Made by a program: the position numbers and the translations under genes. A model generated the notes under the pieces. That model was not told where the DNA came from, did no database searches, and saw only the letters and a list, made by a program, of their open reading frames with translations. A stretch of 17,713 nt of DNA from Candidatus Hermodarchaeota archaeon (GTDB lineage: Archaea; Asgardarchaeota; Hermodarchaeia; Hermodarchaeales; Hermodarchaeaceae): positions 1 through 17,713 of the forward strand of contig JAEOUH010000057.1 of assembly GCA_016839365.1 (NCBI GenBank), in the 5' to 3' direction. This document shows positions 16,566-17,713 of this stretch, one piece after another (within the stretch, counting starts at the first letter, position 1; every line of letters begins with the position of its first letter).

Positions 16566-17582
16566 ATTTCGCCGTAGCTTCCCGAGTAATTTTCCCCAGG
16601 GAACAAAAAAGAGACCAATCAAGGCGATACCGATGATTAGATAGATAGTGTCCATTACCGGGTCAGACCCTCCACCGAAGATTTGTATGAGAAAGGGTTG
16701 GAGAAAGGGGAGTTGCGCCCCCAAAGTGATTATCAGCGCTAAAACGACTTTCCCAAAGAAACAGAATAACAGAGCTTTCCATAGTGGGTATTTGGTTGCC
16801 CCTAGGGCAATGAGTAGAATGTCATCTGGCAGGGGTGTCGCAGCGTAGAAGAAAATCAGAAGCCCGCCATAACCTCGTTCGATTTGCCCGCGAAGCCTGA
16901 GGATTTGTTGCCCTGTAGATGAACCTTCCAGGGATTCACTCTGAGTGCGTCCCAGAAGCCAGGCAACGGTTTCGCCAATGGCAGCTCCCGCTCCTGCGAC
17001 AATACCAAGGAGCAATCCGTAAAGAAGTGTAAAACCTGGTTGAAGGGCGATCAGCAGGAGAACGAACAGATAGGGAATGGGAAAAATTACGGTGAAGTTT
17101 CCAAAGAGGCTTATAATGAACACGCCAATATAGAGACCCAGGGGCCCAAAGGTAGCTAAAGCCCAATTAATAATGGCGTTCATGATATCGAGTACGGATA
17201 GACCGATAAGGACAGGTACCACTAACAGGATGACAAAGAAGGTGACGAACACAAGGAAGCGCAGGGTTCGCTTCACGTCATCAATTTGGACGTGAGCTTT
17301 CCATACTTGGCTGAAGGTTAAATCCTTGCCCCGAAAGACTTTACCTAAGCCCCAGACGAAGAGCACAATTCCAGGGAGTAAATACCCTAATCCAGCAATC
17401 AGCGAGGCAAGTCCTATATTCGGACTAAACAGAAATAATCCAAGGTAATTCAGAAGATAGGGGAGAAGTAGAAGTATACCCAAAACGATGAAAGATCCAC
17501 TGCCCAAGGATAAGAAGAATTTCGCATCCCCTGCACGTTCTTCTAAATTGTCGACTTCGCGGGTTTGTGATGCTTCGGTCAC
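16548..17582 (-). CDS. DedA/VTT (SNARE-associated, TMEM41/VMP1 superfamily) membrane protein with extra N-terminal TM helices
   Basis: FPIPY, GAGAAIGE..AWLLGR, AATPLPDD, FFGK motifs. Start reassigned to GTG 17582 behind a GGTGA RBS; 18-bp convergent overlap with the methyltransferase. Confidence 0.85.
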   Translation of the reverse strand: MTEASQTREVDNLEERAGDAKFFLSLGSGSFIVLGILLLLPYLLNYLGLFLFSPNIGLASLIAGLGYLLPGIVLFVWGLGKVFRGKDLTFSQVWKAHVQIDDVKRTLRFLVFVTFFVILLVVPVLIGLSVLDIMNAIINWALATFGPLGLYIGVFIISLFGNFTVIFPIPYLFVLLLIALQPGFTLLYGLLLGIVAGAGAAIGETVAWLLGRTQSESLEGSSTGQQILRLRGQIERGYGGLLIFFYAATPLPDDILLIALGATKYPLWKALLFCFFGKVVLALIITLGAQLPFLQPFLIQIFGGGSDPVMDTIYLIIGIALIGLFFVPWGKLLGKLRRNSKKLE

Positions 17583-17587
17583 ACAAT

Positions 17588-17713
17588 TCACCCTTGCCAG
17601 AGGATTTTGGTCGTGTGGCTCGTATCGGTTGGAATTATAATCTGTGATGATTGTGGGAATAAAAATTGGGTGGTTAGGAGAAGATGAGCTGAAGAGCACC
17701 AATTATCTCGTAA
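17588..17713 (-). CDS. Possible 3' end of an upstream gene (partial; ...QFLFPQSSQIIIPTDTSHTTKILWQG*)
   Basis: The frame is open from the window edge to a TGA that overlaps the RBS of the DedA gene, an operon-like junction. Confidence 0.4.
   Translation of the reverse strand, partial: LRDNWCSSAHLLLTTQFLFPQSSQIIIPTDTSHTTKILWQG

Noticed and set aside
17583-17702. N-terminal extension of the DedA ORF
   Set aside because: GTG 17582 has a good RBS, and another open frame ends just upstream of it.
1-17713. CRISPR arrays, IS/transposases, integrases, DGR template/variable repeats, rRNA/tRNA
   Set aside because: No regularly spaced repeats, long duplicated segments, RT or recombinase motifs, or RNA gene signatures seen by eye.

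Overview
Archaeal chromosomal window. TBP, a Cdc48/VCP AAA+ ATPase, a HemK2-like methyltransferase, a family-4 UDG with a PIP box, BRE/TATA promoters and GGAGG/GGTGA RBSs all point to Archaea; an Asgard affiliation is my inference, not proven. About 17 clear CDSs: a membrane-anchored 7-bladed beta-propeller, corA, msrB, an orphan NuoH-like/NuoI-like pair, a beta-lactamase-fold serine hydrolase, Mrp/ApbC, GDPD, M42 peptidase, tbp, a PadR-cdc48 operon, an Ig-like surface protein, UDG, a small coiled-coil/proline-rich protein, the methyltransferase and a DedA/VTT protein. I found no rRNA, tRNA, CRISPR or mobile element. The best lead is the 153-aa protein at 15308..15769 (-), which looks like a miniature eukaryotic actin-nucleation-promoting factor: a WASH/WAVE-complex-like coiled coil, a Pro-rich linker, a VASP-FAB/WASP-'C'-like helix and an acidic tail, with a perfect 16-bp palindrome in its promoter. 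Other leads are a PadR-cdc48 operon with a nested palindromic operator at its predicted start site, an attenuator-like uORF with alternative hairpins before corA, an unannotated 38-aa ORF and a ~0.9-kb patch of inverted base skew. All family comparisons are by eye and from memory; no searches were run.
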